From Vicugna vicugna (Eukaryota), in the NCBI GenBank assembly GCA_013265495.1, contig MU061578.1, forward strand, positions 5,095,308-5,159,307: a stretch of DNA of 64,000 bases. The letters are read 5' to 3'. The position numbers and the translations under genes are program-made. The stretch's first letter is position 1; every line of letters starts with the position of its first letter. This document shows positions 1 through 13,542 of the stretch, one piece after another. The notes beneath the pieces were generated by a model. It saw only the letters and a program-made list of their open reading frames with translations. It ran no database searches and was not told the origin of the DNA.

Positions 1-1190
1 TCCAAGACCCCCTCTCTCCTGGTCAGTCCACAGACTGAGGATGCTTACTGCCCAGACTGCAGAGGTTGCAGCCACCCTGCGAGCATGGTGAAGGTACTAT
101 TCTTGGAGATGTTGCCATATGCGTTTTTCCATATTGTTTCTTTTCATATCCAAACGTAACATGAACTGATGGTGACTCAAGTGGGTGTGGTCCTTCCCTC
201 TTAGGCAGCCTACATGGCAAGTGCCTTAAACCAGGGCAGGAGTCACTCCCAGAGCCTCCAAGGGGTGCAGGCTGCTGGCTCAAGATTGCAGGGTTGTAAA
301 TCAGGCTGCCTCGAGAACCGGTCTGGGGAGAAAGCTCTTCCAGCAAAGAGCAGTTTTATCTGTAGCTCAGACAGCCTTGGTGGGCAACTGAACTAGCCTA
401 CATGTATACCTGAATTTCCTCCAGAACTCATTTCTTCGATATGAAGAAATACCAAACTTTATGTACAGAGAACTTTTACAAAAGGCACACCTTTTTTAGC
501 TGTGTAATCCACCCTAATCTAACCCGTCTGGCTGAGTGACTGAATAGGGGTCATTTTGCTGGTGAAAAGCCTCTATCACGATCGTAAGTACTGATTGGAC
601 ATTGACAAAATTAAATTTTTTGCAATATTTAGAGCTGCTGTAGCTGTTCCTTAACAACACAAAATAGGATGAATCAAATAGTACGTTAGCTGTCTTTCAG
701 GTTGGTGGCAGTCAGTTAGAACGTGTAATATTCTCTACCTGGTCTGTAGCTGTAACTGTGATGTACAGACAAAGCAAAAATTAAGAAAAAAAACTTATGA
801 AAACAAATAATGCAATGATATTAGGATATACACTTTTGTATTTTTATTCTTATATAAGGTTATTTGCTGGCTATTGTTGGCCTCTAGTTCAGTCTGTGTT
901 ATTTAAAATCTAATATATGAATTTGGATTGAATTCATGTTCGGGGCCACGTTGTTGTATGTATTGATGTACAGCCTTGAATGTGAATAATTATTGTAAAC
1001 TATATTTTACAACTTTTTTTCTGGCTTTATTATATAAATTTTCTATTTGGTCGATGATTTAATCATATCATAATTTAATGAATCTGTTTATTCTTTTTTT
1101 CAGATATTTGTGCTTTAGATGTAGTTACCGGATGATGAATTTTCCACGTATGCTCGGTAGTCTTGTAATAAAAAAGCATGTAGAGTGTAG
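1..1190 (+). other. PDPK1: Distal 3' UTR of the upstream gene, probably PDPK1
   Basis: AT/U-rich UTR-like sequence (~420-1190) ending in AATAAA at 1167-1172. PDPK1 is the known upstream same-strand neighbour of KCTD5 in mammals. No coding exon is in the window, so the identity is inferred from synteny. Confidence 0.65.
1167..1172 (+). terminator. Polyadenylation signal (AATAAA) of the upstream gene
   Basis: Canonical hexamer at the end of the AT-rich UTR, directly before the switch to CpG-island composition. Confidence 0.7.
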
Positions 1191-1199
1191 ACGTTCACT

Positions 1200-2060
1200 G
1201 ACGTAGCTCTCTTCCTTTGGCCAGGGCGCGGGTCGGGCGTTGTCGGGCTACCTGGATTCGGGGCCAGGAATCCGGCGTCCGGACACCGCACGCTCCCGGC
1301 GGCGGCCGGCGAGCCCTTCTCAAACCCTACAGTCTCGGATCCACCGCCCCCTGTCGCGGACCACGCAGCGCCAGGCTCCGGCCGGAAGGGGGCACGGCCG
1401 GCCGTTTTTCCGGACCGGAACTTCCGCCTCCCGCGTGACGCCAGGGTGGGTGCTTTACGAGGGCGGACCCGTGGGCGGGACAGAGCTCGGAGGACTGTAT
1501 TAAAGGCCGGACGCTTCCGGTGGAGAGGCGCTGTGGCGGGGCTTGCTGGGATCATGGCGGAGAATCACTGCGAGCTGTTACCGCCGGCCCCGGGCGGCCT
1601 CGGGGCGGGGCTGGGGGGCGGCCTGTGCCGCCGCTGCAGCGCGGGGCTAGGCGCCTTGGCCCAGCGTCCCGGCAGCGTGTCCAAGTGGGTCCGGCTCAAC
1701 GTCGGCGGCACCTACTTCCTCACCACCCGGCAGACGCTGTGCCGGGATCCGAAATCCTTCCTGTACCGTTTGTGCCAGGCCGACCCCGACCTGGACTCGG
1801 ACAAGGTGAGGGCCGTGCGGGCCAGCCAGGAGGGTGCGGGCCGCCCCGGTCGGCGGCTCGCTGCGGGCCGCCCCGCTGCACGCCCCCTGCCCCACACTGA
1901 GGAGACCCGCCCGGGCTCCGAGCCCCGCGCTCCCTGGTCGCCAGCTCGACCCGAGCGCTCCCCGCCCCCAACCCCGACTCCTTGTCCTGGGTCGGGGAAG
2001 GACAGGACGGCGCTCTGGCGCCCACCATCCTCGAAAGTACCCCAGCCACTCCACCTCGAG
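1200..2060 (+). promoter_or_regulatory. KCTD5: KCTD5 CpG-island promoter / exon 1 region
   Basis: Very high GC and CpG density. ETS/GABPA cores CCGGAAG (1382), TTCCGGACCGGAACTTCCG (1408-1426) and CTTCCGG (~1514), TGACG half-CRE sites, GC boxes. Confidence 0.85.
1554..1805 (+). CDS. KCTD5: KCTD5 exon 1 ([11 protein letters not shown]...[40 protein letters not shown]), start of BTB/T1 domain
   Basis: ATG at 1554 in good context (ATCATGG); BTB/T1 motif VRLNVGG..F.TTRQTL; donor AAG|GTGAGG; 252 nt, phase 0. Confidence 0.97.
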
Positions 2061-5000
2061 GTGTCCCTCTGTCTCACCCTTTCTGCTTTTCGGTGGAGAT
2101 TTCCCAGACCTGGGACTCTGCTATGGATCTACTTTTTCCTCCCTAGATTCTTTTGCCCCTGGTGTGAACACCTCTTCTCCGTCCCAGTGTACTCACCGGC
2201 TCTGGAATCAGAGAACCCTGGCGTTCTTCTCATCTCACATTCCAGTCGTTTGACTTAACGTTGGCGTAGGGGGGTTGACACGGGTGGCCTGCCTTTCCCA
2301 GTGACTTGCATTTAGAGAGTTGGCACTCCATCGTTTTCAGCCACGACACGCAGCCACTCAGCAGTCTCAAAAGGTGCCGTCCATAGAGTGATTTTTTCAA
2401 AGGAAATGTTGCTCATTTTAATGGGTGGCTTAAGGGTGTCAAGGAAAAGCCAGATAGAAAATCTTTTTCAATCTGCTTTCTAATTAACCCAGTTTTTCTA
2501 CTGACCTCTCAAAAGGATAGGAATCTCTAGGTTGGTTTGCAGCTTGTCTTTCATCAGATTAAATGTTTGTACTGTTGTGTGGATGATAATAGAAACTGTT
2601 GTGATTATTACCTTTACAAGACTTGTGTGGTGAAGAGGAATATGTCTGTACAGCGCTGAAACTCAGAAAAGGCTCTGTTGGAAGAATAGTTGTTACCTAT
2701 ATTTATCCTAGGCAGTTCACAAGCCTTATTCTAACTTTCCCGTGTCTTTCACTTGAGCCTACGTAATTGCGCTTGGCTTTGTGCCTTGCCAGCCCAACGT
2801 TTGCCAGGCATCGGCTTCCCAGAAAGATTCAGATCCCTCTTCAAGTTCCAGAAGCCTGACGGAGACCATCCCCAGTGTGGCACGATCTTATGATCAGGAA
2901 ATGAGAACTCGAGTTACCACAAAACCACCGTCATGGGTAGAAATCAGGGTTTGAGATGTCAGTGCTCCAGTTCCCTCTCTCCCCAACGCTCCACTGTTTC
3001 CATTCGTCATTTGGCTAAGCTCTCCACTCTTGACCTCCCAGAAAATAACAGTCATGTCCAGGATAGAAATAGGCTTTTATTAGCTGTGTTTTCCTTTTAA
3101 AGCGTGAGTGTATGTTTTACTGTTTCGTTTTTCTTTTTAAATAGTGAGTCTTGGTGGTCATTCACTTGCATCTCGACTTGAGCGTTTCTGTCTTATATAT
3201 TGAGTCCGATTTCCCATGGCTCTTGTTCATTGGGTTGTTTTAAGGCAATGACTGTCTACTAACTGAGACAATAGGTTCAGAGCCAATTAACTACTTTGCA
3301 CAGTTAAGTCAATTCATCCCTTTATTTTACTGTCAAGACTATTTAAAAAGTATGCTTTATTGTATAGGAGTCCTTTGGGGGAGGGTTATTAATCTATCAG
3401 GATATATCTGTGTTGTAGTTGCCTTTTTACATTATCATCCACTTAACCAATTTTAGATTTCCAAATTGTAAACTCAAAATTTCAAATGTGACTGTAATGC
3501 AGCAGATACAGTTTCTGTCTCATAAAATAGTTGATAGTAAACGAGGATTGGTTTTAGGCACAGATGTGACTTTTGCCAGAAAGAGTAATGTTAATTTCCA
3601 TTAGTCTTGGTAGTAGAGTGTTGTACTTCAGATGAGAAAATGTGTAAGGTACTCATTCTTCTCAGTTTTTTCCCCCTTTGGTTCTGATGAAGAAATGTCC
3701 CAGAGATTCACCCCTAGGTAATTAAACCTTCAGTGAGGAATCTGAGGATAAGGGTGGAGGGGAGGGGATGTTTAGCCAAGTGGGATGTGGGACGCTAGTA
3801 ATTATGTGATAGAAGAGACACAGGATGTTGATTCACCTGTAAAAATCTCCCAAGCCCTGACCTCACAGTTCAGGTTAATGAAAGCATACCTGGTAGATAT
3901 TCTTAGGGCTGATGGAAGATTTCCTGCTGGGCATTTGACTAGTGTTTATTGAGCAGCTGTGCTTGCGGAGTGCCTGGGTAGGAGTTGGGTGGGGAAGCTT
4001 AAAGGGGATGAGTTCCAACAAATGAAAGACCTGGAATCTTCCAGGAACCTGATGGGCTTGGAGAGTGCCTGGAGTTTGCTATTAAATGCAGAATGTCTTG
4101 GTGGGGAGTTTGGCCATGGAGCCATGGTGGGAGAGGTGGTTACAGGACATTTTCCTGGAGGAGTGCTTTTTTAAATAGCCGACAGACAGGATTGGGGGTG
4201 GGGTGGGGAGCTGGGCTGCAACTGGTCTCCCTTCCCCTAATTCCTCATGCTCCCTGTCTCAGGACTGAGCCTGGGGCCCACTGCCCACTATGCCACAAGC
4301 CTCTAAACCATTAACCTCTTGTCTCAAGTTCTGAGTCTGGGCCCACTGCTGCCAGGGAGGTCTCTTTACGGACAGCCCAAGTGTGAATTCTCGCTTCCTC
4401 CTGATGCTTCCCCCAGCAGGGCTGTGTCTGCGTTATTCACTTCGGCATCTGATTACCTGCCATCCTGGGACATTTTTCTCTCCCATGTTCCATTAGGGGC
4501 AGGCCAGGTGTAATACTGGAAGTGCTTTGTGAATGCTCGACATGTGATTCATTTGGGGTATGTCTCTTGGTATACCATGGTACCTGGCCCAGTGGCATTG
4601 TTGAAAACAGGTTAGAGTCTGTTCAGAGCTGAATCAGTCCCTGCTTCAGTGTAGAGATGCTTTAGGAGTTACAGGGAAACAGGAAATACTACTACTTGGT
4701 GCTTGGAAACCATTCAGATTAAGTAGGATTTGTTTTTTGGAAGAGGGGGTCAGTCTCTGCAGCTGAGCTAGGCCTGGAGAAAACTGTGTTTCACATGACA
4801 GGTCATGGCATCTGCAGTTCTTTGCCAGTGCTCACCCTTGGTGTACTTGGTGTTGGCTAGAGTTTCAGGATTAGAAAGACAGTGAAAGGAATTTTACAGA
4901 CAGGACTAAGTGATGGGGGTGTGGGTGGAAGGACTATCTTTTAAGCTGCTTGGCAAGAGAAGTAGGGATTACTTAGAGTGAAACGGCAGATTATGTCCCG

Positions 5001-7131
5001 TGTGACTAAGTCAGAGGCAAAAGGCTGCGAGTGTCGCGTGCTCCAATGAGAGGCCAAAAGGGGAGTCTTGAGACCCTGGTGCATTTCATTTCACACTCTG
5101 ATGGAGGATGTGGCCCTGACCACATGCCGCTCCTTGCCTGGTTCAGGACCTGAGCAGTGGTGCCTCAGTGCAACAGGTTGCTCACTCTTAGTGGATGCTG
5201 CGGTCACCTTTTCACAAAGCCCCCGTACAAAGGCCCTTTAGACCTAGCCAGCCCACAAGCTGGTGCAGAAAGTCCTGAGAAAGGACTCGCCTTTTGTGAG
5301 CAGAGCTGCTTCGGGGCGTCAGAGGTTCCCGCTTTGGGCCATCTGAAGGATGCCGGGAGGAAGTGGTTGTCAGCTGCAAAGCAGTTCCTCTTTCTGCCAA
5401 CTGCACTGGCAGCCTTTAGTTGCTGTTGTCCAGCAGGGCAGTGACTGGTCTTGTTTAGAGTAGTGGTCACAAAACTGTGGTCCACCTGCCTGATTTTGCA
5501 AATAGTTTTGTGGGAACACAGGGATGCCCACTCCTCTAGGAGCTGTCCATGGCCGTGCTTACTTGGAGGAAGTGCTTATGGTTTCTCTCCAGAGATTCGT
5601 CAGCTCAGCAGTCAATGGGCCAGCAGTCTTTTTCAAGTCCTTTGAAGGAGCTGGCTCTGGCCCCCAGAGAGGGGTCTGTGTGGCCAGGGTGTCAGTAGGC
5701 CACCTCAAGCACTGTGCTCTCACTGGGCCTTAATTGGACAGCTCCCCTCAAATTTCAGAATGCTTGTCACATTCTGATCCGAATAGAATAGGCAGAATGT
5801 GGGTGCTGGGGGATACAGAGCATTTTTCGTTGTGGCAGAGTTAGACTTTGGACTCAGGCCTGCCTTTGACTTCACCCCCAACATAATGTGCTGTGTGACT
5901 TGGGGTAAGTTAATGTACCTCTCTGAGCCTAGTCACAGAGGAGGAGTTGTGAGAATTAAGGAAGATGAGAGGTGTAACCCCTCCCCATGCCAGGTGCTGG
6001 GACACTGCAGGAAATAGATTAATACTCTTTATTTTACTTTTGTACTTTGTTTTTAGAATGTACCAGGAATGCTTTTTTCCTTCCCCTCCCAATATGTCTT
6101 TGTTCCTGTTTGTCACTTAACATACTCAGTCAGCACAGACCTCTGTGCTGGCGGGGAGCTCCAGCTGCTGGCCCCTTCAGTCTCCTTACTTCCCAGGCTG
6201 CCACTTCATGCTCCACCCCACCCTCTGGGCTGATCTTAGGCCAGGCCCTGCAGGGCGGGTTCCCAGCTTTGGGCACTGGAACCTGTGCCAAGGGGGAGGG
6301 GCACAGCTTCCTGGGCAGCCATCAAGTTTTCTTATAAGAAACTTGATGCCCTTGAACCTGGAGAACACAACCCGAGTTCAGGTACCATCCTCTGTGTGTG
6401 TTTGGGGTGGGCTCATGGCATCCAGGAGGCCCCTGAGTTGGTGGGTAGGGTGTGCACTGCGCATCTCTCCCCGTTGTCCATGTTCTGGTGGGATCTAGTT
6501 TCCTTGGCAATCAGGCTTCTAGGATCTTGGCCTGGTTTTGCAAGGCAGGCTTGGTTGGGGCTGGTTATGGAGGTGATGAGCTGGGCTAGCCCCTCACTGC
6601 TAGAGATAGGCTGAGGTAGGTTTTTTGAAACAAGAGAGGGAGAGGCAGGTGGTGCTGGGCGCCAGACAGTCCCCGGTGAGGAAGGGGAGGTGGACAAGGG
6701 CATAGGAGCTTTGGGCCTGTCCTTTGGCCCCAGCAAGAGGGAAGGGTGAACTCTGCACTGGATGCACCAGCGGGGCCGAGCGTAGGCAGAGAACAGAGGC
6801 CACCTTGGAGCCAGCAGGGCGGTGGCTGTGGGAGCAGCTGGCGGGGAGGGCTCAGGTGCCTCACAGAAGCAGTGGGCTGGATGTAAACCCTTGGTGAGGC
6901 ATCCTGGCTGCAAAGTGTCCTGTCTGACAGCCCTGAGTGGCTGGCATCCAGGGGACTGGAGATGGTGGGCCTGAGGGAGCTACTTCTCCAGGCCAGCAGA
7001 GCCACATGGGAGGTTTGCAGCTGGGGACCCTGGTTCTTCCTCCTGTTGCTTCTCTCCCAGGCAGTTGTCGTTCCCGCCTGTTTCCATCTCAAGTTGACTT
7101 TCTTGTGCCAGCAGTTTTATGTTACATACAC

Positions 7132-7132
<1 letters not shown>

Positions 7133-7168
<36 letters not shown>
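7133..7168. repeat. (AC)n microsatellite
   Basis: About 18 uninterrupted AC units. Confidence 0.95.
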
Positions 7169-7171
<3 letters not shown>

Positions 7172-10100
7172 CCACCAAGCTAAGTAAGGTGACTTCTGTA
7201 GATTTATGTGCAGGTGTTCCATAGCTGGAGTGTCCCTAAGGAGGGAAGGGCCTCGGAAATCGGGACATATGGATGTCCCCTGGCCTTGGGACATGAATAT
7301 TCATGGTGCTGTGACCTGGACAGGTGGCTCTCCGCTGGCAGGTCCACCCACGGTGTCCTGCCCACGACTGCCCCACACCCTGGGGTGACCTGGCTCCTGT
7401 TTGCATCTGCACAGTTGATGTAGCATCTGCTCTAAGTGGGCCCTGGTCCTATGGAACTGAAAGGTCCCTGTGAGCCGTCCCCATGTGTTCATGGGGCTTG
7501 GTTGGGACCCACCGTAGGTGAATTGAAGCACGTCTGTTCCAGGAGAAGAACTGAGAGCCTCATGCATGGGGGTCCCTCCAAAGTCCGCTTGTGTTTGCCT
7601 CTTTGTGAGCCTCATTCGAGTTGTGTGTGTCATTCTGAGTTCTGTTTCTAAGCCACATTCTGGGGCTGAGGAGTCACCCTGTGGGTCAGGGCCCTGAGAG
7701 CTGGATGCTGATTGGGATCTGAGAGGGATCGTTTCCTGAGGGTGGGAATGACCCGGAGCCCTGACATGTGCACCCCATCTCCACCCAGAGCCCTTGCTTT
7801 CCCTTTATTCCATGCATGTGCCAGGAGGAATCCCAACCTCTGGGGGTACACAGGGCATCATGGGGTCTCCAAAGGAAAGCCGAGTCAGAAGCAGCTGGCA
7901 CTCCCACACATGTTAGCACAGTTCTCAGTGGGGTCCTGGCCTGTTCTGTGCATCCAGTGCCTGGACAAGCCCCCGGTCTCTGGGCTTCCGTTCCCTCATC
8001 TGTAGTTGGTGATGTCTGAGGCCTCTCCTGGGTAATGGATTTGACAAACTAGAAAAAAGAGAAAAGAGGGCAGAGGTGAAGGTTTTAAGTGAAACAGTTA
8101 CTTAAAATGGATAATTTCAGAGTAAAAACTAAATATTACTAAATCGGTGAATTACCAGTGTCGATGCACAGTTAATGCTATGCTTTCACAGTTAGACTTG
8201 AATGGGGAAGTTTGACAGTATATCTTGCATTTAGTTTGGGATGCTCAGCCCTCTTCATTTCAAGTCTCCAGCAGCCATGTGTTTCTCTTGCCACAGAGTA
8301 GTGATCATGTTCCATTTCCTGGTGTGTCTGTGGAAATTGGGAAGGTGGTTGAAAGGAGCTGGGTGTGCATGCTCTGCAGAGGCCCCACGGAGCTAGAGTA
8401 AGACGTGTCAACTGAATGAACTTCCATTTAGAATCTTGCATGAGAGCCTAACATTCTCGACCCTTGCTCCTGATGGCCATTTTCAGGACCATGTGCATGG
8501 TCCAGTCAAGGGGGTGGCCGGCCCACACCGGACCCACAATGCTTTGCTGGGCGGCGCGTTTGAGACTGCCTTTAACGTCAGAGCTGGCGCAAGTACGCAG
8601 GAGAACCTCGGTCTCAGGAGTTTTTTGGTGAGTGGCCCTCTCAGAGCATTGCTTCCTAAGCAGCATTGTGGGCTGAGGATGCCGGGCTGCTCGGAAGGGA
8701 GTGGACAGGGTGGGGCTCACTCAGGGTTTCCAGTCAGGATTATCTGCTCTGCATCTGTTTGTTTGGAGAAATGACTGCGGGCAGGGTGCCCCTGGTAATG
8801 GCCAGTTCGTCATCTCTGTGGCCTGGCAGCTGCCTAGGCTCAGGGATGCAGGGATCAGAGTTACCCTGGAGAGCGGTAGCTTGGCCTCCAAGGCCAAGCC
8901 TCCTTGGGGTGGGATTCAGCCAACGTGGGCACCTGTGAGCCCCCACCCCAACCAAGCAGTATGTAATGGACAGGGAGTGGTGTCCATGGAATATTTAAGA
9001 GCAAAGTCCAGCATTTCCGCTTTTTATGTCTTTAGACTAGATGTATATTTTAAAAGCCAACAATTCACAAATAGGTCAAACGCTCATTCAGTGAGAAGTG
9101 GGGAAAGTCAATAGAGGAAAATCATTTGTTGAGAAAGCAATCTTAATTCTGGCTCTTTTACAAAAAAAAATCCAAACCTCGCCACTATATAAATGTAGCA
9201 CACACTTGTTACATAAACCAAGAAGAGGACAGAGAGAGGGAGGAAGAAGAGAGATCCACGTGTCTTGCACCCAGCCAGCGTTAATGTCTCCCTCTAGTTC
9301 CTTGCGGTCTCTTGTAAGTGTGACCGTCCCGAGAGCACATGTTGAGGTTCTCCTGTGTGCTGGCAGTGGAACGACGTCAGCGCAGCGTGCCAGCAGCCGC
9401 TCTGCGGGCACCCCTGCTGCTGGCTTGGGTATCGCAGAGACAGTTTCTATGCTTTTGCATAAGGGAGCCTAAGACTTCAGAATTTAGGGTTTGGGGATAC
9501 TTTTTGTTTTTCTGTGTTTGGTCTTTTTCTTCATTTCTGTCTTAGGATGGAGGCCTGGGGCCACGTGAGGTGCTGAGGGCCCTCACGCTGTTGTCAGTCG
9601 CCATCTGGTCGGCTCTGCCCAGCAGCAATGTCTGAGGACCTATGTTCAGGGCCGGCCTTTGCTGCCATCATCCCCTCTGGAGCACAGCTCCCATGCAGAT
9701 GCTGGTTTTCACATTGCTCCCAGCTGTGTGCATCTAAGTGACAGTTGGTCTGTGGTCCTCTGGTCCCAGGGGAATTTAGGGCCCCCCCCAACACTTCTTG
9801 TCAAAGCTGAAGTCTCCTTTCTGATGCGCCCAGTACTGGAGCCTGTTCCCGCACGCTACTGCCTGGCCCGTCCTGGCCATGGGGCCTTGGCCTTGTTTCT
9901 TAATGAAGCCCATCTGATCAAAACGAAGCCATGAGAAGAAATTGGGTCAGAGAGCCCCGTGGAGTCTGCGGAGGGAGCCGCGTGAAGTGCCACGTGTCAG
10001 TAGCGGGGCTGGCTGGGCTGGCTTGTCACTGGTTGTGGATGACACAGCCTGTCATACAAGGCCCTTCAGCATCTCAGGGTCCCCCCATGGGCCTGCAATC

Positions 10101-13100
10101 CCAGTCGAGGTGGGTGGCCCTCCCCTCTTGGGAGGGACTGCTGGGGCCAGCGCGACAGCCACCGGACTGAGCGTCCCGCCCTCAGCGTGGTGATGCCACG
10201 TGGGAGAAGCCTGGTGTCGTCTGAAGCCCGCTCTGGCCTCACCTGTACTTTCAGAGGGGCTTGGGCATTGGGTCCGGGGTCACCCCAGGGTGCTGGCAGG
10301 TGTTCCCCGAGGTTCTGTTGTGGGTCTGAGTGCCCAGCCCCTGGCTTGCTCTCTCTCCAGGGGTGCTCTCGCCTCAGCTTTCTCAATCAGGATGTTTGAC
10401 TGAGTGCCCAGGATGGCCTCCCTGAGGTTCCTGGGAAAACTTTTTTGTATTAAAGACAGCAAGGATTCAAGTGCAGAATTCACATGGCCTTTTCAGCTAA
10501 GCCGTGAACTGCCTAGGCTCTGCTTCCATTTCCTGCGTGGGGTGTTGGTGCGGGGGACGCAGGCTTCCGAGGGCCGGGCCAAATGTGCACCCACTCTCCA
10601 GGGCTTTGGCTCTGTGCTTCCCTGTCTCTGTGGCCAGGGCACGTGGCTTCCACTGCCTTGGAATTTGTGCCCCCCTCTGCCCCTGACAGGCCATGAGCCC
10701 AGCCCTGTCGCCCCAAGGAAGAGACATTGACCCCTAGAGCCAGAAGGGCCCCTGGCATCATATTGGCTGAATATCTCATTTGACAGGTGGGGAAACTGAG
10801 GCCTGGATCGAAGGAGTGATGCACCTTGGAGTAGCTGATCATGAGTCTGGGCCCTGAGGGGTTTGGATTTCCATGCTTCCATCACACCTTGGCTCTGTGC
10901 CCCCATCTGTGGTGCCAGGGGCCATGCATGAGCCTGGCCTGGAGGAGCCCATGGCTGGTGTTGGGAGTGCCCCACGGGCGCAGTGTGCTCTGAGCTGAGA
11001 GGCCAGGCCTGGGGTAGGACTTCCTTCAGTGACTTGACCATGGGGTTTTTGAGTGGAAAAACTGCTCCTGTGGGGCTGGAGCCTCAGAAAGGGAGAGCAG
11101 CGTGGCCTGCACATGCCTCCCCAGCCCTGCCCTCCTCGGCGTCAGCCTAGTGTCTGGAGGCCCATCCCCGGCTCTCCAGTGCCTTGTCTGGGCTCCCGTC
11201 CATGTTCCCTCTGCTCTGGGCAGCGGCCCTCTCACCTGGCCCCTTGTCTCCTTCTCTGTCCCATCCCCTGTCCCTCCAGGCTTCGAAGGCCGGGTCACAT
11301 CTCTGTGTCTTGTGCTCTCAGCACACTGTTGGCTGAGTACTCTTCCTCTTCCTCTCCCCTGGGTCCCAGTGCTGAGCGAGATGCCTAGCCCTAGATGCCT
11401 TGGCCCATGTGACGAGGAAGGCTCCCTGGGGTGTCCTGAGGGTGGAGATGAGCCCTAGCTGAATCTGATCTTTCCTTGAAGACCTTCTGCCAGCTGTCTG
11501 CCGAGGTAGCAGTGCACCGACGCATAATTCCTGGGCTTGGTGACAGGCAGATGTCACGCTTGTGCTCTTCTCTCATGGGAGGGGGGACAGAGAAGAGCCT
11601 CTGGATTCCAGGTTGTGGCAGCCCCACCCCTTTCTTCCCAGATCTCAGCCCTTTTTAGGAAATGGGGGCCGTTTTCACCATCACAGCCGCTGAAGCACCA
11701 TTCTTCTGGAAGCTGATCCTTGCTTGGGGAACAGTAGGGGTCTCCAGGAGTTGGGAGAAAAGGCTAAGGGAGCCAGGCCGGGGGGCAGGGGCCCATGGGA
11801 TAGGGTCTGATCAGTGCTTCCTTCAGTGGATAGGACATGAGGATGAAGTTGGGGGTTCGTGTGTGGTTGGGTGCTGCCCTTGGGCACAGAAGGCCCATGG
11901 TGGGACCTGGCGGTGACCTTTCGAGGCCGGGGACTGGGCCGAGTGCCTGTGGTCTCCGGGAGAGAGAAGGGGTGCAGAGGCTCTGGGATGAGTGGGGCCT
12001 GCCAACCAGTGAATGCAGCTCTGGGTCCCAGCACCCCTCATTGATTTCATCTAAGAGTAGGCTTTCATGGCTTTATGGGCTACAGAGGGAAGCCCTTGAA
12101 ACCACCAAGTTCTGCTACACAAAATGCCAGAATGTGATGCCTGTGAATGAGAAATAGGGCCCTAACACAGCATGTTGCTTCATGGTTGAGACACCTCCTG
12201 CCTCCCTGTGGGTGTGAGCTCTGGTGCCTGTGGGCACACCACCTCCCCTGGCAAGATGCCTCACACTGTGCTCCTGGGGCCTCAGCCGGCCAGCTGCTCC
12301 CACATCTCCATGGCCCTTGCCTGCTGAGGACCTCACCTGTGTCCCGGGTGGCGCCCTCTGGACAGGGAGGCCACATCGACTCTCCTACTGATTTACAGTC
12401 ACCTTCTTGTCTCAGAGCCAAGGCCTTGGCACCTGCTGCCCTCCTGGAGCCGTTGATCAGGTACCAGGCACCTCTGCCTGGGGAGGGCAGGTGGGCTGGT
12501 ATGGAGGGAAGAGCTGTTTGGTCCTCAGCATCATGGTAGCCCCACTGGAAGGCAGTGTGGGCCAGCAGACCCAGACAGGCGTGCAATGGATGCCAGGGCT
12601 CTGTCGCTTCCATGCAGACAGCGGTGGCTCTTGTCTTTCGCCAAAGACCCTCCCACACCCGTGCACTCTGTGGGCTTCCACAGGGCTCCACTCTGGCGGG
12701 TTCTTTGTGTGAGGACTGTGGCCACCTCCCTGGCTACAGCTTCAGTGGCCACTGAGCTGACTTTGAAGCCCATGGGCTGTGAGAATCCCTGACACTCAGA
12801 AAGGGCCTGGTCCCTGGGGGAGGAGCTGGGGCCAGCCGAAGTACAGAAGGGTACCTTCTGAGGGTCTGTTTGTAGATAGCTCAGACTCCAGGAACTGCCA
12901 CCCACGAGGCCTCCTTGGAGATCTACAATCACTGGGAAGCTCTGGGGTCACCTTGCCCCGGAAAACAAGGCTCTACTCTATGGGCTTCTGACCTCCAGCC
13001 CTGCACATTGGCCCAGGAGGAGCCCTGAAATGAGCAAGGGAGGCCTGGGCTGCAGTATCCTTCAGATCCTGACCCTTTGGGGTTCAGCCCTGCCTTTAGA

Positions 13101-13433
13101 ACATCCTGTGAGGGAGAGCGCATTAGGTCACTCTTGGTGGGTGGTTCCTAAAATGACAAAAGGACAAACTTTCAGGAATTTTGGAGCTGTGAAGAAAGGG
13201 GCCTCATACACAGTCCCCTTGCCTCAGAGTACATGAAGAGAGACCACGTGGACACTACAGAGCTCAAATTTGGCTTCACATGCACTGGCGACAGATGAGG
13301 GTCAGCGCCGCGAACACTGATCGGGTCCGGTTGTGGGTTAGACGCAAACTGCCCGCGTCTCTCCAGCATGTGGCCTGGCTGTGGGGATGGCGTTTTCTCG
13401 TTGAGAATTCACTGTGGTGTGTTGTCTTTGTAG

Positions 13434-13542
13434 GATGAAACAGGTGCCTATTTAATCGACAGAGACCCCACCTACTTCGGGCCTGTGCTGAACTACCTGA
13501 GACACGGGAAGTTGGTCATTAACAAAGACCTCGCAGAGGAAG
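13434..13542 (+). CDS. KCTD5: KCTD5 exon 2 ([37 protein letters not shown])
   Basis: tttgtag acceptor, G|gtgagt donor; 109 nt; T1-domain [14 protein letters not shown] motif. Confidence 0.97.

Noticed and set aside
1446..1553. In-frame GTG-initiated 36-codon N-terminal extension of KCTD5, and the 270-aa ORF running on to 2258
   Set aside because: The extension overlaps promoter motifs and is probably upstream of the TSS. The ATG at 1554 gives the canonical 234-aa protein, and the ORF past 1805 is intron read-through in GC-rich DNA.
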